This document shows, in pieces, positions 41,940 through 53,325 of a stretch of DNA of 64,000 nt; the first letter of the stretch is position 1, and every line of letters begins with the position of its first letter. Location: positions 480,001 to 544,000 of the forward strand of contig CAWCRS010000007.1 in the NCBI GenBank assembly GCA_963798085.1, read 5' to 3'. The translations under genes and the position numbers were made by a program. Below the pieces are notes generated by a model. It saw nothing but the letters and a program-made list of their open reading frames with translations, made no database searches and was not told the origin of the DNA. Source of the stretch: an uncultured Gemmatimonadales bacterium. Lineage in GTDB: Bacteria; Gemmatimonadota; Gemmatimonadetes; Longimicrobiales; RSA9.

Positions 41940-42647
41940 ACCACCGGCCGGATGAAGTTCCGGCCGCGGCGCCGGCGTGCCGGGCCCGAGCGCGACGGTC
42001 TGCCCGTGCGGCCCGGGCACGTGCCGCCGCGTCCGCCGCAACCGTGTCTCTCGTTGTCGCGTTCCTGTTGTGGCGATACCGCAGGGCACGGCGCATGACG
42101 GCGCGTTTCCGGACGGAAGCCGGAGCGGGATCAGACGACGATGCCGCACCCGTCGTCCCGGGTTGCCGGCCGGTCGCGGCACTCGCCTCGCTTCGATAAC
42201 CCTCTGCAGCCAAGCAGGATACTGGCGGGTTCCGGGGCCGTGCCCGCAACTCTGCGTGCCGTGAAGAGCGTTCCGTCGCTGGGGTGAATCCGCCCCGCCA
42301 GGCCGCGGCGCGGGAAGTGCCAATCAACCCGATCGACTCTGGAAGACACGCGGGCGGGCTGATGCGGGTCGTGGTCGGCCGAAGTGCGCGGATCGGGCGT
42401 GGGTCACCGCGGCCGCCGGCCGCGGCAGGGGCGCCCTCACCCTCATCCGGCGCACCCAGGCCGCTCGCCCGCAGGTGTCATGCGTGACGGCCCACCACCG
42501 CGGGTGTGCGCCTGACAACGCGTTAGAAGCGCGGACAGTGACTCCGGGATTCATTCGCGACCGACCACGCCTGCGGCATGCCGCCGTGGCGGGCCGTGCG
42601 TGGGTTCCGGAGTTGCCTTTCAGGCCACGTTGAACCGATGGAGCCGA

Positions 42648-45263
42648 TCATTCGCTGCGCAGCGCGGTCATGGGCTGGACCCGCGCGGCGCGCCACGCCG
42701 GCAGCCAGCTGGCGAGCACACCCACCGATGCCAGCAGCAGCGGCGCGGCCACGAAGGTCAGCGGATCCGTGGCGCTGATGCCATAGAGCAGGCCCCGCAA
42801 CAGCCGTGTCAGCACGAGGCCGAGCGCGCTGCCTGCGAGTGCGCCGCCGGCCGCGAGCATCACGCCCTCACGGACCACCAGCCGCACCACCTCGCCCGCG
42901 TGCGCGCCCAGCGCCATGCGCAGCGCCAGCTCGCGCGTGCGCCGGCCCGTTACCCAGGCCATGACCCCATAGGTGCCGACTGCACCGAGCAGCAGTGCCA
43001 CCGCGGCGAAGGCGCCCAGCAGCGCAGCCGCGGATCGTGGCCGCGCCACCAATGCGGACATGCGCTGCCCGAGAGTTCGGACATCGCTGACCGGTGCGTC
43101 CGGCGCGAGCCGATCCGCAATCGTGCGCAACGCCTGCGTGGTGGCGCCCGGCTCACGCGTGCGCGCCACTACGATTACCGCCGCCGGCGTCTGCTGGGCG
43201 AGCGGGATGTAGAACGCCGGCCGCTGCTCACCCGCCAGATCATTGTTGACGACACTGCCCACCACACCCACCACCGTCATCCACTCACTGCGCCAGGGAA
43301 AGCGGATGCGGCCGCCGATGGGATCGCGACCCTGGAAGAACTGCTGCACGGCCCGCTCATCAATGAGCGCGACCAGGCGCGCCCCCGCGCCATCCGCATC
43401 ATCGAAGTTGCGGCCCCGCAGCAGAGGCACGCCCATGGTCTTCAGATAACCGGGTGTTATACGGCGCACATCCATGAAGTCGAGGGCATTGGGGTCGCGC
43501 GTCCAGCCGTCGACATACATGGCAATGTAGTCCGCGACCTGATCGAACGGCACCTGACTGGTCGCGGCCGCCGACTGCACACCGGGCACGGCGTCCAGCT
43601 GGGTCACCAGCTGTGACCACACGGCGAGCCGGCGGTCGTCGGAATCGTAGCGCGTGGCCGGCAGGTCAATGCGGGCACTGAGCAGGTGATCGGCCTCGAA
43701 TCCCGGATTGACCTGCTGCAGCTGCCAGAGCGTGCGCAGCAGCAGGGTCGCGCCGATGACCAGCACGGCAGCCACCGCCACCTCAGCCGCCGCCAGTGCG
43801 CCCAGCAGTCGGCGGCCCGCGCGCGTGCCACCCGCCTCGCCGCGCGCTCCACTGAGCGCGCCGCCCACGGTGCCACGCAGCGCACGCAGCGCGGGTGCGA
43901 AGCCGAAGATCACACCGGTGAGCAGCGCGCTGGCCAGCGCGAAACCGAGCACGCGCGGGTCCAGCCGTACCTCCGCCAGGCGAGGCGTGTCCGGCGGCAA
44001 CAGGGAGAGCAGCAGGCCGCGCCCGGCCAGCGCCAGCGCCAGTCCGGCCAGTGCGCCCAGCGCGGAGAGCAGCAGGTTCTCCGTGACCAGCTGACGCAGC
44101 AGGCGGGAGCGGGCGGCGCCCAGCGCCGCGCGCACGGCCATCTCACGCGTGCGTGCCGACCCACGCACTAGCAGCAGGTTAGCAACATTGGCGCAGGCGA
44201 TGAGCAGCACCATGCCGGCCGCACCCAGCAGCAGGAGCAGGAGCGGGCGCGATGCGCTGACCAGGCTGTCACGCAGCGGCACCACATTCACGGCCGCCAG
44301 ATAGGATTCCTCGGAGGGCGTCCATACGGGGTTCTCCAACCGCAGCCGTGCGGCCACGCTGCGCAGCTCGGCCCTGGCCTGCGCCGCCGTCACGCCCTGG
44401 CGCAGGCGGGCCACCACGTGCAGGCCGCCACTGCCCCAGTAGACACCGCGCTGCGCGGCATCGATCAGGACCGGGATCCACAGGCGAGTGTCGTGTCCGG
44501 GAAATGCGAAGCCGGGCGGCATGATGCCGATCACCAGGCGAGGCCGGCCATCCAGGTCGATGCTGCGGCCGAGCAAGCCGGCATCGGCGCCAAAGCGCTC
44601 ACGCCAGAGCCCGTCGCTCAGCACCACCACACCGTCCGCACCCGGCTGCGCCTCGGTCGCCGCAAAGCCGCGGCCGAGCGCGGGCTTCACGCCGAGCACC
44701 GCGAACAGCCCGGGCGTCACTTCCGCGCCCGCGACGCGCACAGGCTCGCCTGCGCCGCTCAGCCCCAGGCCCGCGCCTTCCGTGTACGCGGCCACCCCCG
44801 TGAAGGCCGTGGCGCGTTCCGCCACTCCCGTGAACTCCGCGCGCGAATTGCCCCACGCGCGCACCAGCCGGCCCTCACCGGGAAAGGGCAGGGGCCGCAA
44901 TAACACACCGTTAACGACGCTGAAAATGGCGGTGTTGGCGCCCATGCCCAGGGCCAGCGTCAGCACGGCGGCCAGAGTGAAGCCCGGCGCCCGGCGCAGC
45001 GCGCGCACGCCGAAGCGCAGGTCCTGCAGCAGATCCTCGAGGCCACTCACCCGGCGCGCATCGCGCGCCTCCTCGCGGAAACGCTGCACGTCGCCGAAGG
45101 CCAGCCGCGCGGCGCGGCGGGCCGCGCGCGCCTCCATGCCGCCGCGCAGGAGCGACTCCGTCTCCAGCCGGATGTGCGCTTCCATCTCGGCGCGCGTCTC
45201 GTGATCGAGGGCGCGGCTGCGTCGCAGTGCCAGCAGACGGCGAAGCCAGTGGTGCAGGAACAC
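42648..45263 (-). CDS. Duplicated MacB/FtsX-type ABC permease (ADOP-like) with N-terminal prefix domain
   Basis: [16 protein letters not shown] prefix, [27 protein letters not shown] and [10 protein letters not shown]. Confidence 0.92.
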   Translation of the reverse strand: MFLHHWLRRLLALRRSRALDHETRAEMEAHIRLETESLLRGGMEARAARRAARLAFGDVQRFREEARDARRVSGLEDLLQDLRFGVRALRRAPGFTLAAVLTLALGMGANTAIFSVVNGVLLRPLPFPGEGRLVRAWGNSRAEFTGVAERATAFTGVAAYTEGAGLGLSGAGEPVRVAGAEVTPGLFAVLGVKPALGRGFAATEAQPGADGVVVLSDGLWRERFGADAGLLGRSIDLDGRPRLVIGIMPPGFAFPGHDTRLWIPVLIDAAQRGVYWGSGGLHVVARLRQGVTAAQARAELRSVAARLRLENPVWTPSEESYLAAVNVVPLRDSLVSASRPLLLLLLGAAGMVLLIACANVANLLLVRGSARTREMAVRAALGAARSRLLRQLVTENLLLSALGALAGLALALAGRGLLLSLLPPDTPRLAEVRLDPRVLGFALASALLTGVIFGFAPALRALRGTVGGALSGARGEAGGTRAGRRLLGALAAAEVAVAAVLVIGATLLLRTLWQLQQVNPGFEADHLLSARIDLPATRYDSDDRRLAVWSQLVTQLDAVPGVQSAAATSQVPFDQVADYIAMYVDGWTRDPNALDFMDVRRITPGYLKTMGVPLLRGRNFDDADGAGARLVALIDERAVQQFFQGRDPIGGRIRFPWRSEWMTVVGVVGSVVNNDLAGEQRPAFYIPLAQQTPAAVIVVARTREPGATTQALRTIADRLAPDAPVSDVRTLGQRMSALVARPRSAAALLGAFAAVALLLGAVGTYGVMAWVTGRRTRELALRMALGAHAGEVVRLVVREGVMLAAGGALAGSALGLVLTRLLRGLLYGISATDPLTFVAAPLLLASVGVLASWLPAWRAARVQPMTALRSE

Positions 45264-45459
45264 GGTCGTGTCTCCGGTTGCTCATACCTTGTCATCCGAC
45301 AATAGGACATGCGAAGGCGGGCGATGGTTGCTCGGTGCGCGGCGTGGCGGTGGCGTTGCGCGTGCGGGCGGGCCGTGTTCGCCCGCGGGACAGCGCATCC
45401 CGCGAGCGGGGGCGACAGGGCCGCTGCCGGCACGGGGCCGATACCCTCAAACGTTTGAA

Positions 45460-45503
45460 TCGCAAGCAGTTGCAGGCGAAGACGGGTGCGGCACGCAGCT
45501 TCC
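45460..45503 (+). promoter_or_regulatory. IHF-like site + sigma54-like element upstream of permease
   Basis: ..CGCAAGCAGTTG, then a 16-nt gap, then CGGCACGCAGCTTCC. Confidence 0.4.
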
Positions 45504-45580
45504 ATTGCGTGGCGCTGGCACCAAACCGCCTCGCCGTGCGGTCGTCGTCGCGCGGCATGTGCGCAAGGAATGGGGGGCTG

Positions 45581-48001
45581 ATGCTCGACTGGGTCAACGA
45601 GGTGCGACAGGCGTTGCGCGGATTGCGCCGGGCCCGGCTGTTCGCGCTGCTCGCCGGCTGCACGCTGGCGCTGGGCATGGGCGCGAACGCCGCCATCTTC
45701 GCGGTGCTGCGCGGCGCGGTGTTGCGGCCGCTGCCGTGGCGGGAGCCCGAACAGCTGGTGCGCCTGTGGTCGAGCGTGCCGGATCGTGGCCTCGAGTTCT
45801 TCTCCGTGTCGGCGCCCGACTATGAGGACTGGCGCCAGCAGGTGCACGGGCTGTCCGCGCTGGCCGCGTTCGAGCGTCAGCGCACGGTGGTGCTGCGCGC
45901 GGGTGCGGCCGAGCCACGGGAGGAGCAGGCGGCGCGTGCTTCGGCGGACCTGTTCGCGCTGCTGGGCGTGACACCGCGGCAGGGCCGGTTGTTCCGGGCC
46001 GACGAGGACGACGCGCGGGGCGCACCCGTCGCCTTGATAACATCGAGTTTCTGGCGCGACGTGCTGGCCGCCGATGCGCATGCCATTGGCCGGACCATCA
46101 CACTGGATGGCGTTCCCTACAGCATCATCGGCGTGCTGCCCGAGTCGTTTCTGGTGCCGGGCAATCCGGCGCGCGTGTGGACGCCGCTCGGACCGGTGCT
46201 GGCCGCGGGGATGACGGACCGTGGCAACCGATTCCTGCGCGTGTTCGGGCGTCTGGACACAGGCGTGAGCATCGAGCAGGCAACGAGCGAGCTGCGGGCG
46301 CTGGCGGTCCGGCTGGGGCAACAGTACCCGGGCAGCAACCGCGCCTGGTCGGTGACCATGCGCTCGCTGCGCAGGCAGGTGCTGGGAGACACCTTCGGGT
46401 TCGCCGTCTGGGCGCTGCTGGGTGTGGTGACCGTGGTGCTGCTGATTGCCTGCGCCAACGTGACGAACCTGCTGTTAGGGAGGGCGGTCACGCGCCGGAC
46501 GGAAGCGGCCGCGCGCCTGGCGCTGGGCGCCTCGCGCTGGCGCGTGGTGCGTCACTGGCTGGTCGAGGGCGCCATCCTGGGCGCCGGGGCCGGACTGGCC
46601 GGGCTGGCACTGGCGGTGTGGAGCATCGATCTGCTGCGTGCGCTCCACCCGTCCGGCGTGCCGCGCATCGAGGAGATTCGCGTCGATGGGGGCGTCGCCG
46701 CGTTCACGCTGCTGCTCTCGCTGGCGGCGGGTGTGCTGCTGGCCGTGGCGCCCGCACTGCACGCGACGGCCGGCAGCGCCTCGGCGCTGCTGCGCGAAGC
46801 CGGGCGTGGGCTGGCGGGTGGCCGGCGCCAGCGCCTGGCGAGAAACACGCTGCTGGTAACGCAGGTCGCGCTCACGGTGCTGCTGGCGACGGGCGCGGGT
46901 CTGCTGCTGCGCAGCTTCCAGCGGCTGCTGCAGGTGCGGCCCGGATTCGATGCCAGCCACGTACTGACGGCGCGGGTCACACTGCCCGCCGCGCGGTATG
47001 CGGAGGATCGAGTAGTGGACTTCTATCGTGAGCTGGTGGCGCGCGCCGGGGCACTGCCCGGTGTGCGTTCCGCCGCGCTGGTGTCGAGCCCGCCCATGGG
47101 CGGCGTCAACGCGGGCCTTTCGTTCGCGCTGGCAGCCGGGCCGCCTCCGGAGCCGGGCAAGGCGCCCGACGCGGACTTTCGCGCCATAACACCAGGTTAT
47201 CTGGGCACGCTGCGCATCCCGCTGCTGCAGGGCAGGGACTTCACCGAGCAGGATCGGGACCGGGGCGACGCGGCGATCATAAGCCAGACCATGGCGAGGC
47301 AGTACTGGCCCGATGGCGCTGCGACAGGCCAGCAGATCCGGCTGGGCGATTTGGTACGAGGTCCCGTGTTCACCATTGTGGGTGTGGCAGGCGACGTGCG
47401 CAGTCAGGATCTGGAAACGCCGGACGTACGGCCCATGCTGTACCTGCCGCACCGCGGCCTCCCCGCAATGACGCTGATGCTGCGCACCACGGGAGATCCT
47501 GGCACACTCGCGGACGGCGTGCGCGCGACCATCCGGGCACTCGATCCGGATCTCGCGCCCGGAACCATCGCCACGCAGGAACAACTGCTCGATGCCGCGT
47601 ACGCGGACCGCGGCTTCCAGCTCACGCTGTTCGCGGTGTTCGGCGGACTCGCCCTGCTCATCGCGGCGGTCGGTATCTACGGCGTCACGGCCTGCGGCGT
47701 CGCCGAGCGCACGGCGGAGCTGGGCATCCGCCTGGCCCTGGGCGCACCCACCGGCCAGGTGCTGCGCATGGTGTTGCGCGAGAGCCTGGCGCTGAGTCTG
47801 ACCGGCGTGGTGCTGGGCACCGCGACCTCGCTCGCCGCCGCGCGCGTCATGGCCACACTGCTGTTCCACACCGATGTGCACGATCCGCTGGCGTTCAGCG
47901 GCGTCGTGGTTCTCCTGCTGCTGACCGCGCTGCTGGCCGCCTGGCTGCCCGCCCGCCGCGCCACCCGCGTCGACCCCATACTCGCGGTCCGGCTCGTCTA
48001 G
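45581..48001 (+). CDS. Duplicated MacB/FtsX-type ABC permease (ADOP-like)
   Basis: [26 protein letters not shown] and ELGIRLALGA. Confidence 0.92.
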   Translation: MLDWVNEVRQALRGLRRARLFALLAGCTLALGMGANAAIFAVLRGAVLRPLPWREPEQLVRLWSSVPDRGLEFFSVSAPDYEDWRQQVHGLSALAAFERQRTVVLRAGAAEPREEQAARASADLFALLGVTPRQGRLFRADEDDARGAPVALITSSFWRDVLAADAHAIGRTITLDGVPYSIIGVLPESFLVPGNPARVWTPLGPVLAAGMTDRGNRFLRVFGRLDTGVSIEQATSELRALAVRLGQQYPGSNRAWSVTMRSLRRQVLGDTFGFAVWALLGVVTVVLLIACANVTNLLLGRAVTRRTEAAARLALGASRWRVVRHWLVEGAILGAGAGLAGLALAVWSIDLLRALHPSGVPRIEEIRVDGGVAAFTLLLSLAAGVLLAVAPALHATAGSASALLREAGRGLAGGRRQRLARNTLLVTQVALTVLLATGAGLLLRSFQRLLQVRPGFDASHVLTARVTLPAARYAEDRVVDFYRELVARAGALPGVRSAALVSSPPMGGVNAGLSFALAAGPPPEPGKAPDADFRAITPGYLGTLRIPLLQGRDFTEQDRDRGDAAIISQTMARQYWPDGAATGQQIRLGDLVRGPVFTIVGVAGDVRSQDLETPDVRPMLYLPHRGLPAMTLMLRTTGDPGTLADGVRATIRALDPDLAPGTIATQEQLLDAAYADRGFQLTLFAVFGGLALLIAAVGIYGVTACGVAERTAELGIRLALGAPTGQVLRMVLRESLALSLTGVVLGTATSLAAARVMATLLFHTDVHDPLAFSGVVVLLLLTALLAAWLPARRATRVDPILAVRLV

Positions 48002-48054
48002 CTCTCACTCTCTCACCGCGCAGGGCGCGAAGGAACGGAATGAGTTCTTGATTC

Positions 48055-48177
48055 TGAACGGATCAAAAGAAACGGATTGACCGGGAACGGGCTCAACAGA
48101 AGCGGTTCAAGCGGAAACGGATGGATCGAAACGGATCAACGGACGCGGATCAACGGAAACGGACGGAAACGGATCCG
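48055..48177 (+). repeat. Degenerate AACGGA(T) short-unit repeat tract
   Basis: Many AACGGA/ACGGAT units sit in an A-rich intergenic stretch. Similar units occur at ~11243-11302 and ~14782-14815. Confidence 0.7.
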
Positions 48178-48371
48178 TGGGAGATAGAAGGCGGATACGG
48201 GGGCACAAGTTTGAAAGCGGTATTCTCGACGGCGGTGAAGTGCACGTGTGTTGAACCAAACGCCGTTGTCAAAGAAGATCACTGAGGTGGAGCGGCACGA
48301 CGCCTGGAATGGCTCTGCGACGGCAGAGGTCTCCGCGGTGGAGTGCAGTGGCGTGCGATCGAGGAGGAGGA

Positions 48372-50789
48372 ATGGACAGGGTGCGGCGAGATGTGAGGCA
48401 GGCGCTGAGGGGGCTGGCGCGGAGTCCGTTGTTCGCATTGACAGTGGTGGCGACGCTGGGACTGGGCATTGGTGCCAACACGGCCATCTTCAGCTTCGTG
48501 GACACGCTGCTGCTGCGGCCGCTGCCCTATCCGCAGTCGGCGCGCATGGCAATGGTGTGGCAGGATTTCAGTGCGGCGGGCGGGCCGCGGCAGGAGTGGT
48601 TCACGCCACCCGACTACGAGGACCTGCGCACGCAGAATCGAACACTGGAAGCGGTGTCGCCGCTGGTCGGCTGGAATCCGAGTCTGACGGGCGTGAACGA
48701 GCCGGTGCAGCTGCAGGGCGCCATCGTCTCGGTCGACTACTTCCGGGTGACGGGTGTGCAGCCGGCGCAGGGCCGCGGCTTCTCGCCCACGGACGAGACC
48801 GGTGACGGCCAGGTGGTGGTGCTGAGCGATGCGCTCTGGAAGCGGGCGTTCGGCGCCCGGCGGGACATGGTGGGCAGCACCATCCAGCTGAACGGGCTTA
48901 CTAACACCGTGATAGGGATCATGCCGCGCGGGTTCGAGGCGCCCTTCCAGAAGGCGGACATCTTCCGGCCCTACCTCAAGACCACGTTCAGCACAGGCTG
49001 CGGCCGGGGCTGTTACGTCATGCAGATGCTGGTGCGTGTGCGGGCGGGCGTGTCGCTGAAGCAGGCCCAGGAAGATGCCGCGCGCACAGGCCGCGCGCTG
49101 CAGGCGCAGGCGCCGGGCGCGAAGAAGGGCCTGGTGCTGCGCCTGGTGTCGCTGCACGAACAGATCGCGGGTCCGCTGCGGCCGGCGCTGGTGGCGCTGC
49201 TGGGCGCGGTGGGACTGCTGCTGCTCATCGCCTGCGTCAACATCGCCAACCTGCTGCTGGCCAGGGCGACGGACCGGGAACGCGAAGTGGCGGTGCGCCT
49301 GGCGATCGGGGCCAGCCGTCGCATCGTCGTGCACCAGCTGCTGACGGAGAGCCTGATCGTGGCCGCGGTGGGTGGCGTGGCCGGCATCGTGGTGGCCTTC
49401 TGGGGTGTGGATCTGCTGACACGCATGAGTCCGCCCGGGACGGCGCGCATCGAGGAAGTCGCCGTGAACGGCCATGCGCTGCTGTTCGCACTCTCGGTGG
49501 CCGCTGTCACCGGCATCCTCTTCGGCCTGGCGCCAGCATGGCATCTGTCGCGCGTGAGTGTGGCCAATGCGCTCAAGGAGAGCGGCGGCCTGCGCACGGG
49601 AGTGAGCCGGCGCCGTACGCGCAATACCTTCATTGCCGCCGAAGTGGCGATCGCGCTGATGCTGCTGCTGGGCGCGGGGCTCATGATGCGCAGCTTCGTG
49701 CGGCTGCAGGCGGTGGATGCGGGGTTCCATCCGGAGAACGCGTTGGCGGTGCAGCTGCAGCTGCCGCGGGCACGCTATCCGGAGATCGCGCAGGTGGATG
49801 CGTTCTTCGATGGCCTGCTGCAGCGTCTTGCGGCACAGCCCGGCGTGGTGGCAGCGGGCGCGTCCAGCATGATTCCGCTGGATGGCAACAACAGCGACGT
49901 CGACTTCGTGGTGGAGGGCCGGCCGGCCCCGACCAGCCGCGAGGAGCAGCCGGTGGCGGATTATCGCCAGATAACACCCGGTTACTTCGCAGCCATCGGC
50001 ATGCGCCTGCTGCGCGGCCGGGCGCTGACGGACGAGGATCGCCAGGGCACGCCCCGGGTGGTGGTCATCAATGAGACGATGGCGAAGCGCTTCTGGCCCA
50101 ACGAGGACGCGCTGGGCAGGCGTATTTCCTCGAGCGGACCCGACGGTCCGTGGACGACGGTGGTGGGCATTGTGGCGGACGCGCACGACCGCGGCATGGA
50201 CCAGCCGACTCGACCGGAGATGTTCCTGCCCCAGCACCAGATTCCGGCGCGTCAGCTCACACTGGTGCTGCGCACGCAGGGTGACCCGCGCGCACTCGGC
50301 GCACGCATCCGCGCTGAAGTCCGGACGCTGGACAAGGAGCTGCCCATCGCCGCGGAATCGCGGCTCACGGACCTCGTCAGCGGCTCCATGGCCATGCCCC
50401 GCCTGTTCGTCGCGTTCTTCGGCTTCTTCGCGGTGGTGGCGCTGCTGCTCGCGAGTGTGGGCATCTACGGCGTCACGGCGCAGGCCGTGAGCCAGCGGCG
50501 CCAGGAGATCGGCGTGCGCATGGCACTGGGCGCGAGCGCGCGCGGCGTGGTCGCGCTGATGGTGGGTCAGGCGATGCTGGTCGTGCTGGGCGGTCTGACA
50601 GTCGGACTCGTGGCCGCATGGCTGCTTTCGCACTGGCTTGGCTCACTGCTGTTCGACCTGAGCCCGACGGATCCGGTGACGTTCACGATCATCCCGCTGC
50701 TGCTGGCTGCGGTCGGACTGCTCGCCAGCTGGCGCCCGGCCCGGCGCGCGGCAGCGGTGGATCCCATGCGCGCGCTGCGCACGGAGTGA
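48372..50789 (+). CDS. Duplicated MacB/FtsX-type ABC permease (ADOP-like)
   Basis: [38 protein letters not shown] and EIGVRMALGA. Confidence 0.92.
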   Translation: MDRVRRDVRQALRGLARSPLFALTVVATLGLGIGANTAIFSFVDTLLLRPLPYPQSARMAMVWQDFSAAGGPRQEWFTPPDYEDLRTQNRTLEAVSPLVGWNPSLTGVNEPVQLQGAIVSVDYFRVTGVQPAQGRGFSPTDETGDGQVVVLSDALWKRAFGARRDMVGSTIQLNGLTNTVIGIMPRGFEAPFQKADIFRPYLKTTFSTGCGRGCYVMQMLVRVRAGVSLKQAQEDAARTGRALQAQAPGAKKGLVLRLVSLHEQIAGPLRPALVALLGAVGLLLLIACVNIANLLLARATDREREVAVRLAIGASRRIVVHQLLTESLIVAAVGGVAGIVVAFWGVDLLTRMSPPGTARIEEVAVNGHALLFALSVAAVTGILFGLAPAWHLSRVSVANALKESGGLRTGVSRRRTRNTFIAAEVAIALMLLLGAGLMMRSFVRLQAVDAGFHPENALAVQLQLPRARYPEIAQVDAFFDGLLQRLAAQPGVVAAGASSMIPLDGNNSDVDFVVEGRPAPTSREEQPVADYRQITPGYFAAIGMRLLRGRALTDEDRQGTPRVVVINETMAKRFWPNEDALGRRISSSGPDGPWTTVVGIVADAHDRGMDQPTRPEMFLPQHQIPARQLTLVLRTQGDPRALGARIRAEVRTLDKELPIAAESRLTDLVSGSMAMPRLFVAFFGFFAVVALLLASVGIYGVTAQAVSQRRQEIGVRMALGASARGVVALMVGQAMLVVLGGLTVGLVAAWLLSHWLGSLLFDLSPTDPVTFTIIPLLLAAVGLLASWRPARRAAAVDPMRALRTE

Positions 50790-50839
50790 GCGCCCGGACG
50801 TCCGGACCACGACAACCCTGCAACCGGGTGGAATGACCG

Positions 50840-53239
50840 ATGGACACGGCAGCGGATCTGCGATACGGCGTGCGACTCCTGCGACGCAATGCCGGCTGGT
50901 CGAGCACGGCAACACTGCTGCTCGCCCTGGGCATTGGCGCCACAACGGCGGTGTTCACCGTGGCCAACGCGCTGTTAATCCAGCCGCTGCCCTGGCCCGA
51001 CCCCGACCGCCTGCTGTTCGTGCACCAGATCGATCCGAAGCAGCACGACGTTGACAACTTCGCGACGCCCAACTTCCTGGACCTGCAGGCGAGCAGCAGC
51101 AGCTTCGCCGCACTGACCGCGTACACGGGCTACTGGGATCCGGTGCTCACCGGGAACGGCGACGCGGAGCGCGTGGATGGCGCGCTGGCCTCACCGCAGT
51201 TCACGGCTGTGTTCGCGGTCGCGCCGGCGCTGGGCACAGGATTCTCGGTGCATGCAGATCAGCCTGGCGCGAATGCGGAAGTGCTGGTCAGTGACGGCTT
51301 CTGGCGCAGCCATCTGAACGCGGATCCCGGCGCGCTGGGCAGAACGCTCGAGCTGAATGGTGCGCCGTTCACCGTGGTGGGCATCATGCCGCGCGGTTTC
51401 CATCCGCCGGGTGAGCTGGACGCACAACTGTGGGGCAATCTTACGCTCAATCCGGCGGGCAACCGCACGGGTCGCAGTCTGCGTGTCATCGGCCGAATGC
51501 AGCCGGGCGGCAGCGAAGCCAGCGCGCGCGCCGAGTTGCACAGCATTGCGGCCACGCTGGAAGCGGCGCACCCCGAGCTGCAGGGTTTCGGCATTTCAGC
51601 GATGTCGCTGCGCAAGTACCTGTTCGGCGGCACGCGCGACGGCCTGATCGCCTTGCTCGGCGCGGCCGGGCTGCTGCTGCTCATCGCGTGCGCGAATCTG
51701 TCGAACCTGCTCATTGCGCGCGGTGCCGCGCGGGCCAGGGAATTCGCCGTGCGCGTGGCGCTGGGCGCCAGCCGCACGCGCATCGTGCGCCAGCTGCTGG
51801 CCGAGGCGCTGCTGCTGGCACTGTGTGGTGGCACCGCCGGCGTGCTGCTGGCCACGTGGAGTACTCGCCTGTTCGTGCTCATGGGCCCCGCGACGCTCCG
51901 CATCCGCGAGGTGGCGGTGGATCCGCGCGTGCTGGCGTTCGCGGCCGTGATGGCGGGCGGCGCCGCGCTGGTCGCGAGTCTGGCGCCGGCGCTGGGCGCG
52001 TTGCGCACCGATGTGCGCAGTGTACTGGCCGAAGCGACACGCGGCACCACCAGCGGCGGCGGCCTGCGGCTGCGCGCCCTCTCCACCATCTTCCAGGTGG
52101 CACTGTCCCTCGTGCTCATGGCAGCCGCGGGCCTGCTGATCCGCACCTTCGCCGCGTTGCAAACGGTCGACCCGGGCCTCGACCCGCAGAACGTGCTGAC
52201 GCTGTCGATCCATCTCACGCCGGCTTCCTACGCCGCGCCCGCCGCGGCGCGCGCGCGCTACGAGGCGCTGGTGGCGGAGACGGCGGGGCTGCCGGGCGTG
52301 GCGTCAGCGGGGCTGGTAAGCGTGGTGCCCTTCAGCGACGACTACGACCGCACCGGCTTCGCGGCGGCCGGACAGAGCTACGCCACCCCCGCGGACGAGC
52401 CCACGGCCGACCGCTACGTGGTAACACCTGGTTATCGGGACGCGGCAGGGCTGCGCCTGCTGCGCGGCCGTTTCTTCATGGATGCCGACCGCGCGGCCGC
52501 ACAGCCGGTGGTGGTGATCGATGAAGACCTGGCGCGCACGGTATGGCCCGGTGAAGATGCGCTGGGCCGGCAGATCATCATGCCCGCGGACACATTGCTG
52601 CGCACCATTGTGGGCATCGTCGCACCCGTGAAGCAGTACGGTCTCTCGGTCGCGGGCAGAGGCGCACTGTATCTGCCGCTGGGCCAGTACGCGCGCCGCT
52701 ACGAGAGCCTGGTGCTGCGCACGACGGGCGGCGATCCATTGGCGCAGGTGGAATCGGTGCGTCGTGTGGTACGCGAGCAGGATCCCGCGCTCGCGGTGTC
52801 GGACATCGCCACGCTGCGCTCGCTCATGTCGGACGCCGAATCGTCGCGTCGCTTCCTGCTGGCGCTGCTGGGCGCGTTCGCGCTGATCGCGCTGACCACA
52901 TCGTCCATTGGCCTGTACGGCGTACTCTCCTTCACGGTGTCGCTGCGGGCGAGGGAGATCGGGGTGCGGCTGGCGCTGGGCGCACGCACCGCGGATGTGC
53001 TGCGCATGGTGCTGGGCGAAGGCCTGGCGCTCGCGGCGTGCGGCGTCGTGCTGGGTGTGGTGGGCGGTGTCGTGGCGGCGCGTACGCTGGCTGCGCAGCT
53101 GTACGGTGTGAGTGCGACCGACGTGCCGACATTCCTGGGCGCGGCCGCACTGCTGCTCATCGTCGCCATCGTGGCGTCTGCCGTGCCGGCGGCGCGGGCC
53201 GCGCGCGTGCCCCCGCTGCGCGCGCTGGGTCAGTCGTAG
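50840..53239 (+). CDS. Duplicated MacB/FtsX-type ABC permease (ADOP-like)
   Basis: LALGIGATTAVF, LLIACANLSNLL and EIGVRLALGA. Confidence 0.92.
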   Translation: MDTAADLRYGVRLLRRNAGWSSTATLLLALGIGATTAVFTVANALLIQPLPWPDPDRLLFVHQIDPKQHDVDNFATPNFLDLQASSSSFAALTAYTGYWDPVLTGNGDAERVDGALASPQFTAVFAVAPALGTGFSVHADQPGANAEVLVSDGFWRSHLNADPGALGRTLELNGAPFTVVGIMPRGFHPPGELDAQLWGNLTLNPAGNRTGRSLRVIGRMQPGGSEASARAELHSIAATLEAAHPELQGFGISAMSLRKYLFGGTRDGLIALLGAAGLLLLIACANLSNLLIARGAARAREFAVRVALGASRTRIVRQLLAEALLLALCGGTAGVLLATWSTRLFVLMGPATLRIREVAVDPRVLAFAAVMAGGAALVASLAPALGALRTDVRSVLAEATRGTTSGGGLRLRALSTIFQVALSLVLMAAAGLLIRTFAALQTVDPGLDPQNVLTLSIHLTPASYAAPAAARARYEALVAETAGLPGVASAGLVSVVPFSDDYDRTGFAAAGQSYATPADEPTADRYVVTPGYRDAAGLRLLRGRFFMDADRAAAQPVVVIDEDLARTVWPGEDALGRQIIMPADTLLRTIVGIVAPVKQYGLSVAGRGALYLPLGQYARRYESLVLRTTGGDPLAQVESVRRVVREQDPALAVSDIATLRSLMSDAESSRRFLLALLGAFALIALTTSSIGLYGVLSFTVSLRAREIGVRLALGARTADVLRMVLGEGLALAACGVVLGVVGGVVAARTLAAQLYGVSATDVPTFLGAAALLLIVAIVASAVPAARAARVPPLRALGQS

Positions 53240-53325
53240 CGCAGCGCGGTCGCGGCCCGTATTCATTGGGCCGGGTCCGGCGAAAACGGGAACCGGCAGG
53301 AGCCGGTCGATCGGCGGCCCGAGGG

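Noticed and set aside
42230..42350. Cobalamin riboswitch resemblance (CCCGCAACT, GGGAAG)
   Set aside because: It lacks the GCCACTG and AGYCAG/B12-box elements and has no downstream gene on that strand.
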